64,000 nt of DNA from an uncultured Gemmatimonadales bacterium. Lineage in GTDB: Bacteria; Gemmatimonadota; Gemmatimonadetes; Longimicrobiales; RSA9. Each line of letters begins with the position of its first letter. The first letter of the stretch is position 1. Below are positions 20,068 to 31,593 of this stretch, one piece after another. The stretch covers positions 640,001 through 704,000 of the forward strand of contig CAWCRS010000005.1 of assembly GCA_963798085.1 (NCBI GenBank). The letters are read 5' to 3'. A program made the position numbers and the translations under genes. The notes below the pieces were generated by a model. That model did no database searches. It saw nothing but the letters and a program-made list of their open reading frames with translations, and was not told where the DNA came from.

Positions 20068-21555
20068 ATGTCACACGCGGTTCTCTGCACTGCTCCAGCG
20101 CACTGCCATGTTTTGCCCGTGAGCCATGCGGTGGGCGCCGTGGCAGCCGGTTCCGCGCGCCGCGCGCCGTTCGCGGTACGCGTGGCGCGCGCAATTCGTC
20201 TGCACGGCGTGCTCGCTCTGCTGCTGGCGGCCGGCGCGCTCCCGGTCGAAGGCGACAGCCTGCTTGCCAGTCGGGCTGGTCTGCTGGTGCGCCGGCCCCA
20301 GCGACAGGACACCACCGTGCGCCAGGCGAACGAGCCTCGGCATCGCGGCGTGGCCGGTCTGCGGCCGGAGCTGACAATCGGCGTGGCGGAGGGTCCGCCG
20401 GAGTACACGTTCGCCACCATCAGCAATGTGGCGGTGACAAGCGACGGCTCGGTGCTGGTGCTGGAGGCGCCGTCGCCGGGCACGCCTTCGCTGCGCCAGT
20501 ACGACGCCAGCGGCCACTTCATCCGGCGCATTGGCGGGCGAGGCGAGGGGCCGGGCGAGTATCGCGGACCGGGCGGCATCGCGGTGCTGCCCGATGGCCG
20601 CATTCTGCTGGCGGACGGGCCTGCGCATCGCATCAACGTGTACTCACCCGCCGGCGAGCCCGTGGACACGTGGGTATTGAGCGTGCCCGTGAGCACCGGC
20701 GGGAACGGCGGCCTGCGCGTCGAGTCGTCGGGCAGCGTCGTCCTGCGAACATCGCTGTTCGACCGCAACGCGCCACCCGCGCAACGCGTACGCCAGGTGC
20801 TGCTCCGCCTGCGCTCCGACGGCACGGTGCTGGACACGCTGTCGCTCACCGACATGCCCGAAGTGCGCAGCAGCGCGGTCACCAAGGTCAACGAAACCGG
20901 CTCGGGCACCAGCACAATGACGCTGAGCGTGCCCTACTCGCCGCGCGCGGTCTGGGCCTGGAGTCCGCTCGGTTACATGGTCACCGGTATAACAGGTCGT
21001 TATGCGGTGGACCTGCGCCTGCCTGCGAACGGCGGGGCGTGGCGCGCCGGCGATCCGGTACGGAGCCTGCGCCGCAGCATCGCGCCCGTGCCCGTGGGCC
21101 GTGACGAGCGGGCGGCGCAGCGCAAGCGCATCGAGGAGCAGCTCAGCAGGGCGCCGGGCCGGCAGACCGGATCGCTGGCGGACATACCCGAGACGAAGAC
21201 GCCATGGAAGGATGTGCGGATTGCCGACGACGGTCGCATCTGGGTGACTCTGTCGACACCATCGGAGAAGTTCGATCCGCAGCTGGATCCGGGCTCGTCC
21301 ACGGCGCCGCCGTCGATCGGCGTGGGCGTGTCCCGCGGCGGGGCGCCGGCTGGCGCCCCGCCCGGCTTCCAGCCGCTGCCCTGGCGTGAGCCCCAGCTCT
21401 ACGACGTGCTTGATCCCGACGGCACCTGGCTGGGTCAGGTGGCCGTGCCCTTCGACACCCGCCTCATCAGCATGAACGGCGACGTGGTGTGGGGCGTGGT
21501 GCGCGACAAGGACGATGTGCCCGTGCTGAAACGCTTCCGCATCGACTGGCACTGA
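20068..21555 (+). CDS. 6-bladed beta-propeller secreted protein
   Basis: IGGRGEGPGEY, DGRIWV, YDVLDPDGTWLG, RDKDDVPVL; start uncertain. Confidence 0.8.
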   Translation: MSHAVLCTAPAHCHVLPVSHAVGAVAAGSARRAPFAVRVARAIRLHGVLALLLAAGALPVEGDSLLASRAGLLVRRPQRQDTTVRQANEPRHRGVAGLRPELTIGVAEGPPEYTFATISNVAVTSDGSVLVLEAPSPGTPSLRQYDASGHFIRRIGGRGEGPGEYRGPGGIAVLPDGRILLADGPAHRINVYSPAGEPVDTWVLSVPVSTGGNGGLRVESSGSVVLRTSLFDRNAPPAQRVRQVLLRLRSDGTVLDTLSLTDMPEVRSSAVTKVNETGSGTSTMTLSVPYSPRAVWAWSPLGYMVTGITGRYAVDLRLPANGGAWRAGDPVRSLRRSIAPVPVGRDERAAQRKRIEEQLSRAPGRQTGSLADIPETKTPWKDVRIADDGRIWVTLSTPSEKFDPQLDPGSSTAPPSIGVGVSRGGAPAGAPPGFQPLPWREPQLYDVLDPDGTWLGQVAVPFDTRLISMNGDVVWGVVRDKDDVPVLKRFRIDWH

Positions 21556-21665
21556 TGCGAAAGTGCGCGTGCGCAGCCGCCATGGCCGCGCACGCGCACG
21601 TTGCCCTGCCCCAAACAGCGTGTTACTGCCGCCGCATCAGAAGAACGAGAAGGGCGGCCGGTCCA

Positions 21666-24086
21666 TCATGCGATAGCCTTCGGCGGCTCCTCGTGCAGCA
21701 GGTTCCGCACGAAATAGTCCCACTGCTTGCGGATCGAGTAGTCGGGCAGGCCGTGGTTCGCATCCGGAATGACCACGAGATCGAAATCCTTGTTGGCCTT
21801 GATGAGCGCATCGACCACACGGAACGTGTTGGCCGGGTGCACGTTGTTGTCCATGTCCCCCGTCATCAGCAGCAGGTTGCCCTTGAGGTTCCCCGCCATG
21901 GTGTAGTTGGCAGAGGCCTCGTAGTTGTCTTTCCCGGTGCGCGGGTCCGTGGTGAGCAGGCCCTGGTACTTCTCGCCCCAGAAATAGCCATAGGTGCGAT
22001 TGTCGTGGTTGCCCGAGCCCGACACTGCGACCTTGAAGAAGTCGGGATAGCGGAGGATCGCGTCGGTCGAGGCGAAGCCGCCGCCGGAATGGCCGTAAAT
22101 GCCGACGCGGTCCATGTCGATCCAGCGGTAGTGCGCCGCCAGCTGCTGGATGCCCGCAATGTGATCGGGAATGCCGTTGTCGCCCATGTTGCCGTAATAG
22201 TAATCATGGAACGCCTTCGAGCGGCCCGGCGTGCCCATGTGATCGAGCTCGATGACGATGAAGCCCAGCTCGGCGAGCGCGCGCGGCTCGTTGCCGCGCG
22301 TTGAATGACCAGCTGCCCACGCTGCCGACCTGCGGGCCCGGATAGATGTGATCGAGGATCGGGTAGCTCTTCGTCGAATCGAAATCCGAAGGCTTGTACA
22401 TCAGCCCCCACAGATCGGTCACGCCGTCCCTCGCCTTGACCGTGAAGATCTCCGGCGGTGTCCAGCCGACGCGACTGGAGCAGCTCGATGTCGCCCCGCT
22501 CCAGCTCCATGATGACCTTGCCCGTATCGGCCGAGCGCAGCACGATAACAGGCGGTTTCGCCGCCGGCGCGTACGTGTCGATGAAGAAGTTCGACTTGGG
22601 GAAGAAGAACGTCTGGTGCGAGGCATCCTCCGGCGTGAGCGGCGTGAGACCGCTGCCGTCGAAGTTGATCGCGGTAGACGTGCGTGTAGTACGGCACGCC
22701 CGGCTCCTTGTCCATCGCCGAGAAGCAGATCTGTTTCGCGACACTGTCCACCTTGTCGATGCCGGTCACCGTGTAGGCGCCCGACTCCACCTGGTTCTTG
22801 AGCTTGCCATCGGCCGAGAAGCGATAGATGTGGGACCAGCCATCGCGCTCCGAAAGATAGAGCATGTCGTCGCCGCCGTTGACCACGCGGAAACCGCGCT
22901 GCTCCACCCACGTCGGGAAGGAGTCCTTCGTGATCATCGTCGTCTGGCCGGTCTTCGTGTCGATGGAGAAGAGCGGCATGCGCTTGTAGCCTCGCGACGA
23001 GCTCATCGCGAACAGGCGGTCCGCCGAGCGCGACCATTGTGCGCGGGCGAGAAGTTGATGATAGGTGACGCCGGCTGGTCCACCTTCACGGCGGCCTTGC
23101 CGATCACATCGAGCGCGTACATCGTCGAACTTCGGATACGCCGTGTCGCCCGGGGCTGCGTAGTAGTAGCTGTGGTCCACCGGATGCGTGCCGGTCGACG
23201 AGTACAGCGGATACTTGCGCACATGGCGGTAATCCAGCCGCTGCAGCACGAGCGGCGTGAGTCCGGAGACCAGGTCACGGGCGCGCGCTTCGGCTTGAAC
23301 GGCGTGGCCTCGGTCCCGCCGAACAGCGCGCCCAGGTCGTCGTCCCACGTCCCATTGCTCCTCGCCGTCCGTCGTGAGCCGCGTGGAGCCGCGCCGGCAG
23401 CGCGACCGAATCCTTGCTCGCGCCGGCCCCGCGGCTCTCGCTGTCCGCCGAGTCCTTTTTCGCGTGTCCTTCACGGCTGTCTCGCGGCGGTCAGCACCGA
23501 ATCGCGCTTCGCGATCGCTTCGTAGTCGGTCAGCTCGGCGGGCCGGACATACAGATCGCAGTCGTAGACGAACACATCCCACTTCCTGTCCGGCGAGCGT
23601 GCGCCCCAGTCGGGCCCGTTCTTCAGCGTCGCGATCCGTGCTCCAGACGATCGTGTCGACTGCTCTCGCACGCGTAAGTCGGTCGCGTTGCAGCGGAAGA
23701 CCTTTTTCCTGAGCTCGCGTCTCGATGGTCTGGCCCGTGTCCACCACCGTGAACGTCGGGAGCTTCGTCGGGTCGAGAATGGTGTCCGGCCGCGAGCGAC
23801 AGCGCCTCCGCGAGGCGAGCATTATCGAAGAGCGCCGCCGCGTGGCCCGTGCCGGGTCCACCACGTAAGTGACGCCGCGGTCATCGCGGCCCGACGAGAT
23901 GTACCAGAAGCGCAGGCTGTCTTCGAGGAACGTCGGACGGACGCTGGTACCGAATACGTAGCGCGCCGCCGTGCGAATGACATCAGCGCGATGGTAGTCC
24001 GGCGTTTGCGCCCGTGCGCCCGTCGCGGGCAGCAGCAGGACGGACAGCAGGCAGGCCGCTGAGCGGATCGGTGTGCAACGCTGCAT
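21666..24086 (-). CDS. S9B dipeptidyl peptidase IV-like protein, broken by many frameshifts as assembled
   Basis: Signal peptide ARA-Q; SERDGWSH, IYPGPQ, GHSGGG nucleophile, DNNVHP and HG in successive frames. Confidence 0.85.
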
Positions 24087-24405
24087 GGCAGTCTCCGATG
24101 GGATGGAGTGTTGTCGGGGGGAAGCAAAGCTGGAAGGAGCGAGCGCCGTTGTAAAGCCGGGCGTGAGGAAACACGGCCCGCCGTGGCAGTTCGCTCCATC
24201 CCTATGACACCAGGCGTCGGGCAGGCGTTGACTCCCTTTGGGCTGAACCGGGCCGCCGGCGGGTCCGAGCGTGACCTTCCAGTGTCGATGAAGCCGGCGT
24301 TCTGCAGTTCCACCGCGACGCGGATGATCTGTGTCGCGCCCCCGCTGGCGTCGGTGTCCACCCGCCCATCCAGTTTTTTCGCCCCTGCCCTGGGCACGCC
24401 GGAGC

Positions 24406-25950
24406 CTATCCGGTTCTTGCGTGGCGCCGCAGCACCGCCTTCGCGGCATTGCTGGCCTGCAGTTCTGTGTCCGCATCTGGCGGCGAAGCGCCTGCGTCCA
24501 GCAGCGCCTGCACGGTGGCTGCATAGTCGCCGGTCTCGCGGTGCCAGCCGTTCTCGGAGCCGTGCAGCGCCCAGCGCAGCGGACCGATGTGCCAGTCGTC
24601 GCTCGTGTCATTGAGCGGCGGATCGTGGCGCAGGATCTCACGCACCATCGCGACATTGCCGTGCCATGCGGCCCAGTGCAGCGGCGTGGCGTTGTGCTGG
24701 CCGCGGGCATCGGCGGGCCAGCCCGCGTCCAGCATCAGTCCGACGGCGCGCGTGTTGTTGCTTTGCGCCGCGTCGGTGACGTGTCTGCGGTCTGCCTCGT
24801 CCATGCTGCGCGCCAGGTCGGGCTGCGAGGCCAGCAGGCTGCGTGAACGGGCGTCCTCGCCCAGCTCGCAGGCGAGTGCGAACTGCAGCGCGTGCGGACT
24901 GCGCTCCATGAGCAGGCGGTACACGTCGTCGTGCCCGAAATCCCGCGCGATCGCGTGCGCCGTCTTGTGCCAGCCGAAAACCCAAATGTAGATGGTGCCG
25001 CCGCTGCGCGGGTCGCGCTTCGGGAACCAACGCTCCGAGACGGTCGTGCGGATGCAGAGGGGATCGCGATCGAGATGCCTGTGCACAAGGTCGACATCGC
25101 CCAGCGCCGCAGCCATGAGGATATCGGTACGGCAACCCTGGGCCACGAGGAAGCGCGCCACATCCTGACGGTCGCGCGCATAGTGATGCGGGTTGGTGAC
25201 GCGCAGCATGTACTGCGCGGGTGTGGATTCGTGATCGACGTCGAGCGCATCAATGTCGGCGCCGTGCTCGAGCAGAAAGCGCGCGACCTCGACGGTAGCC
25301 GCGAAATGCAGCGGCGTCTGACCGTCGCCGCCCCGGGCGTGCACGACCGCGGGAGCTTCCGCGACCCGCTGCTGCAGCCGCTCGAGCATCCCCAGCCGCG
25401 CGGCGACGTGCGCATCGATCACAGCGCCCCGCTCCACCAGCCAGGGAACCAGCTGCGGGTCGGCCACGTCGAGCAGGCCGAAGCCGCCGGCCCACCAGTC
25501 CGTGCGGCGATGGATGTCCGCACCCGCGCGCAGCAGGATTTCCATGACGGCGCGATCGCCGCGCTGCAGCGCGCCAAACAACGCGTTGCTGCCGAAGCCG
25601 TAGTCCGGCACGGGCTCGTTGATTCCCGCCCTGAGCGCGGGAAACTGCTCGAGCAGACGGGCCACCTGTGCGGCATCGCCCGCCAGCACCGCGGCGCGCA
25701 GCGCCACCGGCGCATCCAGCGACAGCGCGTCCACGTGCGCCTTGAGCGCGCTCCAGCTGGCGAAACCGTATTCACGCGCAAGGACCCGCTGTGCGTCGGC
25801 GAGTCGCGGGCGCGTCGTCGCCTGTAATGCGGTGTCAGTGGCCAGGCGGGTGCGCGCATCCGCTTCGCCGCGGCGATACGCACGCAGCAGCGCGCGCGCC
25901 TGTTTGCGCAGATGTTCGAGGCTGGGACGATCGGGCAGATGACGCGACAT
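24406..25950 (-). CDS. Ankyrin-repeat protein with N-terminal LPxRPSLEHLRKQA...AREYGFASW domain
   Basis: GGDGQTPLHFA and TPLHWAAWHG ankyrin motifs; AAGGAGG RBS. Confidence 0.9.
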   Translation of the reverse strand: MSRHLPDRPSLEHLRKQARALLRAYRRGEADARTRLATDTALQATTRPRLADAQRVLAREYGFASWSALKAHVDALSLDAPVALRAAVLAGDAAQVARLLEQFPALRAGINEPVPDYGFGSNALFGALQRGDRAVMEILLRAGADIHRRTDWWAGGFGLLDVADPQLVPWLVERGAVIDAHVAARLGMLERLQQRVAEAPAVVHARGGDGQTPLHFAATVEVARFLLEHGADIDALDVDHESTPAQYMLRVTNPHHYARDRQDVARFLVAQGCRTDILMAAALGDVDLVHRHLDRDPLCIRTTVSERWFPKRDPRSGGTIYIWVFGWHKTAHAIARDFGHDDVYRLLMERSPHALQFALACELGEDARSRSLLASQPDLARSMDEADRRHVTDAAQSNNTRAVGLMLDAGWPADARGQHNATPLHWAAWHGNVAMVREILRHDPPLNDTSDDWHIGPLRWALHGSENGWHRETGDYAATVQALLDAGASPPDADTELQASNAAKAVLRRHARTG

Positions 25951-26074
25951 CAGGCCTCCTTCTTGTGCGCCCGTTTGTCCGCTGGTTCGGGCAGAAGTGA
26001 GGTCGATGCTCGCTGCGTCAGACGACAGGTGGGATGATCCCTTCCCGCGGACGGGTTGCAACCTGGCTTGCAAC
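25951..26074 (-). ncRNA. Candidate structured 5' leader RNA of the ankyrin gene
   Basis: Nested pairings CCCGU/ACGGG, GUCCGC/GCGGAC, CGGG-AAG/CUU-CCCG, GGGA/UCCC plus GUUGCAA/UUGCAAC hairpin; no covariation data. Confidence 0.35.
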
Positions 26075-26103
26075 GTGCAATCTCGTAAGCACGCCTCGTT
26101 CCG

Positions 26104-27441
26104 TCAACGGGCTGCCGTCTCCGTCCATGCTGGCGCCACCGGCGCCCCGGCGCCGGCCGCTGCGTTGCGCAGCAGCTGATCGCTCTCCGTGTCCAGGTCG
26201 ACTTTCGTGATGTCAGGACGCAGGAAAAGTGAAACCGTCCAGTCGAACACGATGCGCAGGCGAGTATCCCAGCGCGGCATCTGGAACAGATAGTACGTGC
26301 GCCGCAGCCACCAGGCGAAGAAGCCGGTGACCATGAAATGGCGGAAGCGCGCCGCCGCACGCGTGCGGCCCAGCGCCACCATGGTACCCAGCATGCGGTA
26401 GACGAAGGGCGCAGGCTGCCGACCCGCTGCCACGGCGTGCACGTTGCGCGCGACCGCGCGGCCTTCGCGAATGGCGTGCTGCGCAAGCGCGGGGTACGGC
26501 TGGCCATCGGGGCCCGGCACGAAAGCGCAGTCGCCCAGCGCCCACACCTGCGGATGGCTGACACTGCGCATCGTCGCATCCGTGATGATGTGGCCTCGCC
26601 GGTGCCGCTCGACCGGGATCCCGCTGGCCGCCGTGCTGGGCGTGATGCCCGCGACCAGCACAATGGTGGCCGCATCGATCCGATCATCGCCCCAGTGCAC
26701 GCGACCCGGCTCGATGGACTGCACACGCGTGTTCGTGTGCAGCACGGCGCCCCTCTTCCGCAGCACGCGCTGCGCATAGGCCGCGAGATCCGGCGAAGAC
26801 TCGGGAATCAGACGATCGGCACCTTCGAAGAGGTGGAAGTGGACGTCGTCGTGTGCAATGTGATGGTAGTATCGCAGCACGGCATCGGTGAGCGCTGTCA
26901 GCTCACCCAGCAGTTCGACACCCACCAGCCCGCCGCCCACGACGACAACCGTGAGCAGTGCGCGCCGTCGTGCTTCATTGGTCTCGACATCGGCGCGCTC
27001 GAACTGCTCGATCAGGTGGTTGCGCAGGCGCAGTGCATCAGCCACGGTCTTGAAGGTGCCGGCGTTGCTGGAGCCGTCGATCAGGTGCGTGTTCGTCGTC
27101 GCGCCCAGCGCCACAATGAGCTGGTCGTATGCGAGCGCATCGGTGCGACCGTCGGACGCGCGCACATGCACGATCTGCCGGTCCACATCCACCTGTTCCA
27201 CGGTGGCCTCGACGAACTGCGCGCGTTTCAGGCAGGGCCGGATGGGCTGCGCGCAGTGGCGCAGCTCGAGCACGCCGGAACAGGCTTCGAAGAGCAGCGG
27301 ACTCAGCAGAAAGAAGTTGTCGCGGCTCACGAGCACGACTTCGACATCGTGCCGCCCCGCGAAACGGCGCTCGAGCTGGCGCGTGGCGGCCAGGCCGCCC
27401 ACGCCGCCACCGAGCACGACAATGCGCATGTTCTGCTTCAT
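26104..27441 (-). CDS. Type II NADH dehydrogenase-like NAD(P)/FAD oxidoreductase
   Basis: IVVLGGGVGG, VVVGGGLVGVEL, WALGDCA, PALAQHA. Confidence 0.9.
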   Translation of the reverse strand: MKQNMRIVVLGGGVGGLAATRQLERRFAGRHDVEVVLVSRDNFFLLSPLLFEACSGVLELRHCAQPIRPCLKRAQFVEATVEQVDVDRQIVHVRASDGRTDALAYDQLIVALGATTNTHLIDGSSNAGTFKTVADALRLRNHLIEQFERADVETNEARRRALLTVVVVGGGLVGVELLGELTALTDAVLRYYHHIAHDDVHFHLFEGADRLIPESSPDLAAYAQRVLRKRGAVLHTNTRVQSIEPGRVHWGDDRIDAATIVLVAGITPSTAASGIPVERHRRGHIITDATMRSVSHPQVWALGDCAFVPGPDGQPYPALAQHAIREGRAVARNVHAVAAGRQPAPFVYRMLGTMVALGRTRAAARFRHFMVTGFFAWWLRRTYYLFQMPRWDTRLRIVFDWTVSLFLRPDITKVDLDTESDQLLRNAAAGAGAPVAPAWTETAAR

Positions 27442-28031
27442 GATTCCTTCTCGCGCGGCCGCTGTGTTGGAATCAGGCGGCCGGCTGCCGAGTCTTCGAT
27501 CAGGCAATCCAGCCGCCGGCGCCGTGTTGCCTCGCGTTTCGCACTCATGACCCACCACGCCGCCAGTTTGCGGTACGACGGCGTTTGCGCCTGGAAGAAC
27601 GACCACGCCTTGCGCTGCGCGCGCAATGCACGCTCGTACTCGGGCTTCATTTCGACGTGCTCGCGTTCGTACGCGTAGCGGCGCGAGCGTGCCTCGTCGC
27701 GCGCCGCGAATGCGGACACGCCAGCGGGCCGCATGCGGCCCAGCGCGAGCAGCTCTGTCGCGCGATCAATGTTCACCGCGCTCCATATGCTGCGCGCGCG
27801 CCGGGGCGTGAAGCGGATCACGTAGCTGACGTCGTCGAGTGATTTGCGGACGCCATCGATCCAGCCGAAGCAGAGTGCTTCGTCCACCGACTGCGGCCAC
27901 GTGATGCTGGGCCGCCCGCTGCCTTTCCTGTAGAAGCCGACCCACAGTTCCGTCGCCGACCCGTGATGCTGGTCGAGCCACGCGCGGAATGCTTCTGCTG
28001 ATTCGAAGAAGGCCGGAGTCACGCCCACCAT
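27438..28031 (-). CDS. YdeI/OmpD-associated family protein
   Basis: FRAWLDQHH, DEALCFGWIDG, RFTPRR..SIWSAVN. Confidence 0.92.
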   Translation of the reverse strand: MVGVTPAFFESAEAFRAWLDQHHGSATELWVGFYRKGSGRPSITWPQSVDEALCFGWIDGVRKSLDDVSYVIRFTPRRARSIWSAVNIDRATELLALGRMRPAGVSAFAARDEARSRRYAYEREHVEMKPEYERALRAQRKAWSFFQAQTPSYRKLAAWWVMSAKREATRRRRLDCLIEDSAAGRLIPTQRPREKES

Positions 28032-28729
28032 TCCCTGAGACGTACCAGCGGCTCGCCGGTGACAGGCGCACCGCACGCGCGTACAGATTACCCGCGCGCG
28101 TGCTCAGGTTTCAGGCGAGATGGGCGGGGTAGCCAATGCGTGGCATCGGGGAACGGTCTCGTGCGGCCGCTTGCGCAGCTTCTGCCTCGGACGTCTGGTT
28201 CCATTTCCGCCAGCAGCCGGCGAGGCGCGGCCGGGCGCCAGGCGTCGCGCAGCAGCTGTTCCTTCTGCAAAGACACCCATCCAGCCCCTTGAAGGTCAGG
28301 TCTTGCGGATGGAATCGCCCGATCCGGTTGTGGCAGGCAGGCGCGCGCATAACACCGGGTTACCGTCCGGTCGCGTACGCCGCGGCGCCTGTGTGCAGTT
28401 CGCACTGTGCCTTCCCACGGCACCACTGCGCTCCGTCCATGCCCGGCAGCGTTTGCCTCCACCGCGTACGCGTGTGCGGCGCCGCGGGCCGCGGGGCTGC
28501 GGCGGCAGGGGTGCGGGGTGCGGGGGTGCGGGGGTGCGGCGGCGTTCGCCATTGCGTAATCTTCACCAGCGGTGCCCGTGGTCCACCCGTCGAGGACCGG
28601 CGGGGAGCGGGCACTGGTCTGTGACCTGCGACCGGGTTCACCCTTGCGGTGCAGGCCGGCTGTGCGTTCCGGATCAACGCCCGGCCGGCAGTAAGCACCG
28701 GCGGGCGCGCCCTAACGGGAGGCTCCATC

Positions 28730-29365
28730 ATGGCGTTTTGCGGGCGTCTGTCATTTCCATGCAATGTGGCCCCACTGCTGCTGGCCGCTCTGGTGAGTGG
28801 CTGCGGCCAGGGCGGGCAGGGCAATGCGCCGGCGGCGGACACGCAGGCGCTGAGTGGCACGGACCGGCTGCTGCTGGCCGCTGCGAAGGTGGCACTGCCG
28901 CCCGCCGGCGTGCGGCTCGAGGACCTGCCTGACCCGGAGTCCCCTGGCGCACGCAGTCTGCAGGCCTATTGCACCACCTGTCACGCGCTGCCCAGCCCGG
29001 CCATGCATTCCGCGACCGACTGGCCCAGCGTGACGCGGCGCATGTGGCTGCGCATGGGTCTGCTCGATCCCAGCTACAAGATCCCCGTGCCCGAGCTGGG
29101 CGACCGCATCGCGCTGCTGGACTACCTGACGAGCCATGCGATCAAGGTTTCGTCAGCAACGCTGCCCGATGCGCCCGGACGCGACGTGTTCCAGAAGACC
29201 TGCAACCAGTGCCACGAGCTGCCCGATCCGCGCCAGCACTCCGCGCAGGACTGGGTGGTCGTGGTGCGGCGCATCGATGGGCACATGCGCGACATCCTGC
29301 ACAAGGAGCTGAGCAGCGCGGACACGGAAGCGATCGTCGGGTACCTGAGCCAGGTCTCGAAGTAG
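28730..29365 (+). CDS. Diheme c-type cytochrome lipoprotein
   Basis: VSGC lipobox; CTTCH and CNQCH in two duplicated domains; GGAGG RBS. Confidence 0.85.
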   Translation: MAFCGRLSFPCNVAPLLLAALVSGCGQGGQGNAPAADTQALSGTDRLLLAAAKVALPPAGVRLEDLPDPESPGARSLQAYCTTCHALPSPAMHSATDWPSVTRRMWLRMGLLDPSYKIPVPELGDRIALLDYLTSHAIKVSSATLPDAPGRDVFQKTCNQCHELPDPRQHSAQDWVVVVRRIDGHMRDILHKELSSADTEAIVGYLSQVSK

Positions 29366-29413
29366 CAGGGCGTACGCGGAGCGGTGCGCCTGGCGCCGCT
29401 CCGCGCTTTCAAT

Positions 29414-31593
29414 TCAGTGCGCTGCCTGAGCGGCGACGGCCCCCGTCTGCTGCAGCAGGAACGTGAACTCCATGGCGGCGTCGGCAATCGCATGGCTGAT
29501 GCCGCGCCCGCCCGCATGACCCAGCCTGGGATCGTAGTGCAGGATCACGGGAAGGCCCGAGCGCGTCGCGTGCTGCAGCCGGGCCGCAAAGCGCCGCGCC
29601 TGCAGGGGCGGGACCCGCGTATCGAGGTCACCGGTCTGTATCAGGATCGCGGGGTAGTTCGTGCCATCGCGCACGTGCTGATAGGGCGAGTACTGGCTGA
29701 TGGCTGCGAACTGCTCCGGCACGCTCGCGTTCCCGTACTCGAGCAGCGCCGGCATGTTGTTGGTGCGTGTGAAGGTCCAGAAACGCACCATGTCAAGGTC
29801 CGGCAGCCCGACGTAGGCGGCGCGGAAGAGATCGGGCCGCTCCGTCAGCGCCGCGCCCATCAGCAGGCCGCCGTTGCTCACGCCGCGTATCGCCAGGTGC
29901 GCAGAACTCGTGTAGTGATTATCGACGAGGTATTCGGCGGCGGCAATGAAGTCGTCGAAAACATGCTGTTTGTTCTCCAGCCAGCCGGCACGGTGCCAGG
30001 TCTCGCCGAATTCGCCGCCACCGCGCAGCGTGGCCACAGCCCAGAATGCCACCGCGCTCCACCCACAACGCGGCCATGGGATCGAAGCGGGGCAGCAGGC
30101 TCACGTCGAACCCGCCGTAGCCGGTGAGCAGCGCCGCCCGGCTGCCGTCCATGGGGATGCCTCGCCGGTGCATGACGTACATGGGTGCTTTCGTGCCATC
30201 CTTCGAGGTGTACGTCACCTGCTCGACTTCAATGCCGGCCGTGTCGAAAGGCACGTCGGACTTCTCGTAGACGGTGCGCTGGCCGCTCGCCAGGTCGATG
30301 CGCCAGGTGATGGACGGCTGCGTGAACGCGGTGAGCGTGAGCAGCGCGGCGCCCTTCCCCGCTCCGCGGATGCTCGCCGTGGTGTGCGCCGGCACCGCCA
30401 CCTCGCCCGCCGGCATGCCATCCACGGTGTAGACCGCGATGCGGTCGCCCACATCGTGGATGTAGGTAACGTAGAGTTTGCCATCAATCACGCTGAAGCC
30501 ATCCATGGCGTCGTCGCCTTCGGGCACGATGACCTTCCAGCTGGCCGGCTCGGGATGTGCCAGGTCCACCGTGACGATGCGACCCTTCGGCGCGTCCAGC
30601 TCCGAGCGCATCCACAGCTTGCCGTCGATGAACTGCGGCGCGAACTGGGCATCAATGCCCTGCGCCACGGTAATCGTGCGGTGCTGCGCCAGGTCCTGCA
30701 CGAACACCTCGTTATTGCGCCAGCCGTGCTGCACGGTGAGGAGCCGCAGGCGGCCGCCGTCCACGTCGCTCATGTCGAGGAAATCGGTACGGCGCGTAGC
30801 CCTCGCCGAAGATCACGCTGTCGCGCTCCATGGAGGTGCCCAGCCAGTGCCGGCGGATGCGCTCGCCGTCCGTGCGCGAGCGGCGCCCGTAGTAGAGGCC
30901 GCGCCCGCTGCGGTCGAAGGAAATCGCGTTGTAGAGCGCGGGCGGCAGACTGTCGGGCAGTTCCTTGTGCGACTGCAGATCGAGAATGCGCACGGAGAAT
31001 TCGTCGCGGCCGCCATCGCGCACGCCGTACGCCAGCAGGCGCCCATCCGGTGAGAACGACTGGATGGTCAGGCTCACCGTGCCATCCGGATTGAACGAAG
31101 CGGCGTCCACCACCTTCTCGTAGTCCCCCGCGGGATCGACGGGGCCCGGTGATGCCGGCGGTTTGCGCCGGTAGATGGACGCGGTTTCGTCGCCTTTCTT
31201 CCGCAATGTGAAGTACTCCCACTCGCCCGCGCGGCGCGCCCCGCTCGCTGCGGGCACGTCCATCAGCTGGCGGAAGCGCTGCTCCAGATCGGCGCGCAGC
31301 GGCGGGTGCCCGATGATCGTGTCGGCATAGGCGTTCTGCGCGTCGATCCAGGCGCGCACCTCGGGATCGTCCTGATTCTCCAGCCAGCGGTATGGATCCT
31401 CGAAGGCGACGCCGTTGATCGTGTCGACCACCGCGACCCGCCGGCTCTCCGGCGGCGGTGGATACGGCGATCGCGCACACGCGGCAGCGACCAGCGCCGC
31501 CAGCAGTGACAGTCGGGGAAGCCGCCGCAGTGCGCTCTGTGCGGCGGCCGGCGAAGTGCGGCGTCGAGGACAGGTCGAAGACTGGCTGTACAT
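29414..31593 (-). CDS. Prolyl oligopeptidase (S9A); frameshifts at ~30790 and ~30045 as assembled
   Basis: DPYRWLE, SKDGT, GYGGF, RGGGEFG, GVSNGGLL, DTRVPP, GH. Confidence 0.92.

Noticed and set aside
24090..24400. Riboswitch upstream of the DPP IV-like gene
   Set aside because: Only short GC-rich complementarities; no recognisable riboswitch consensus
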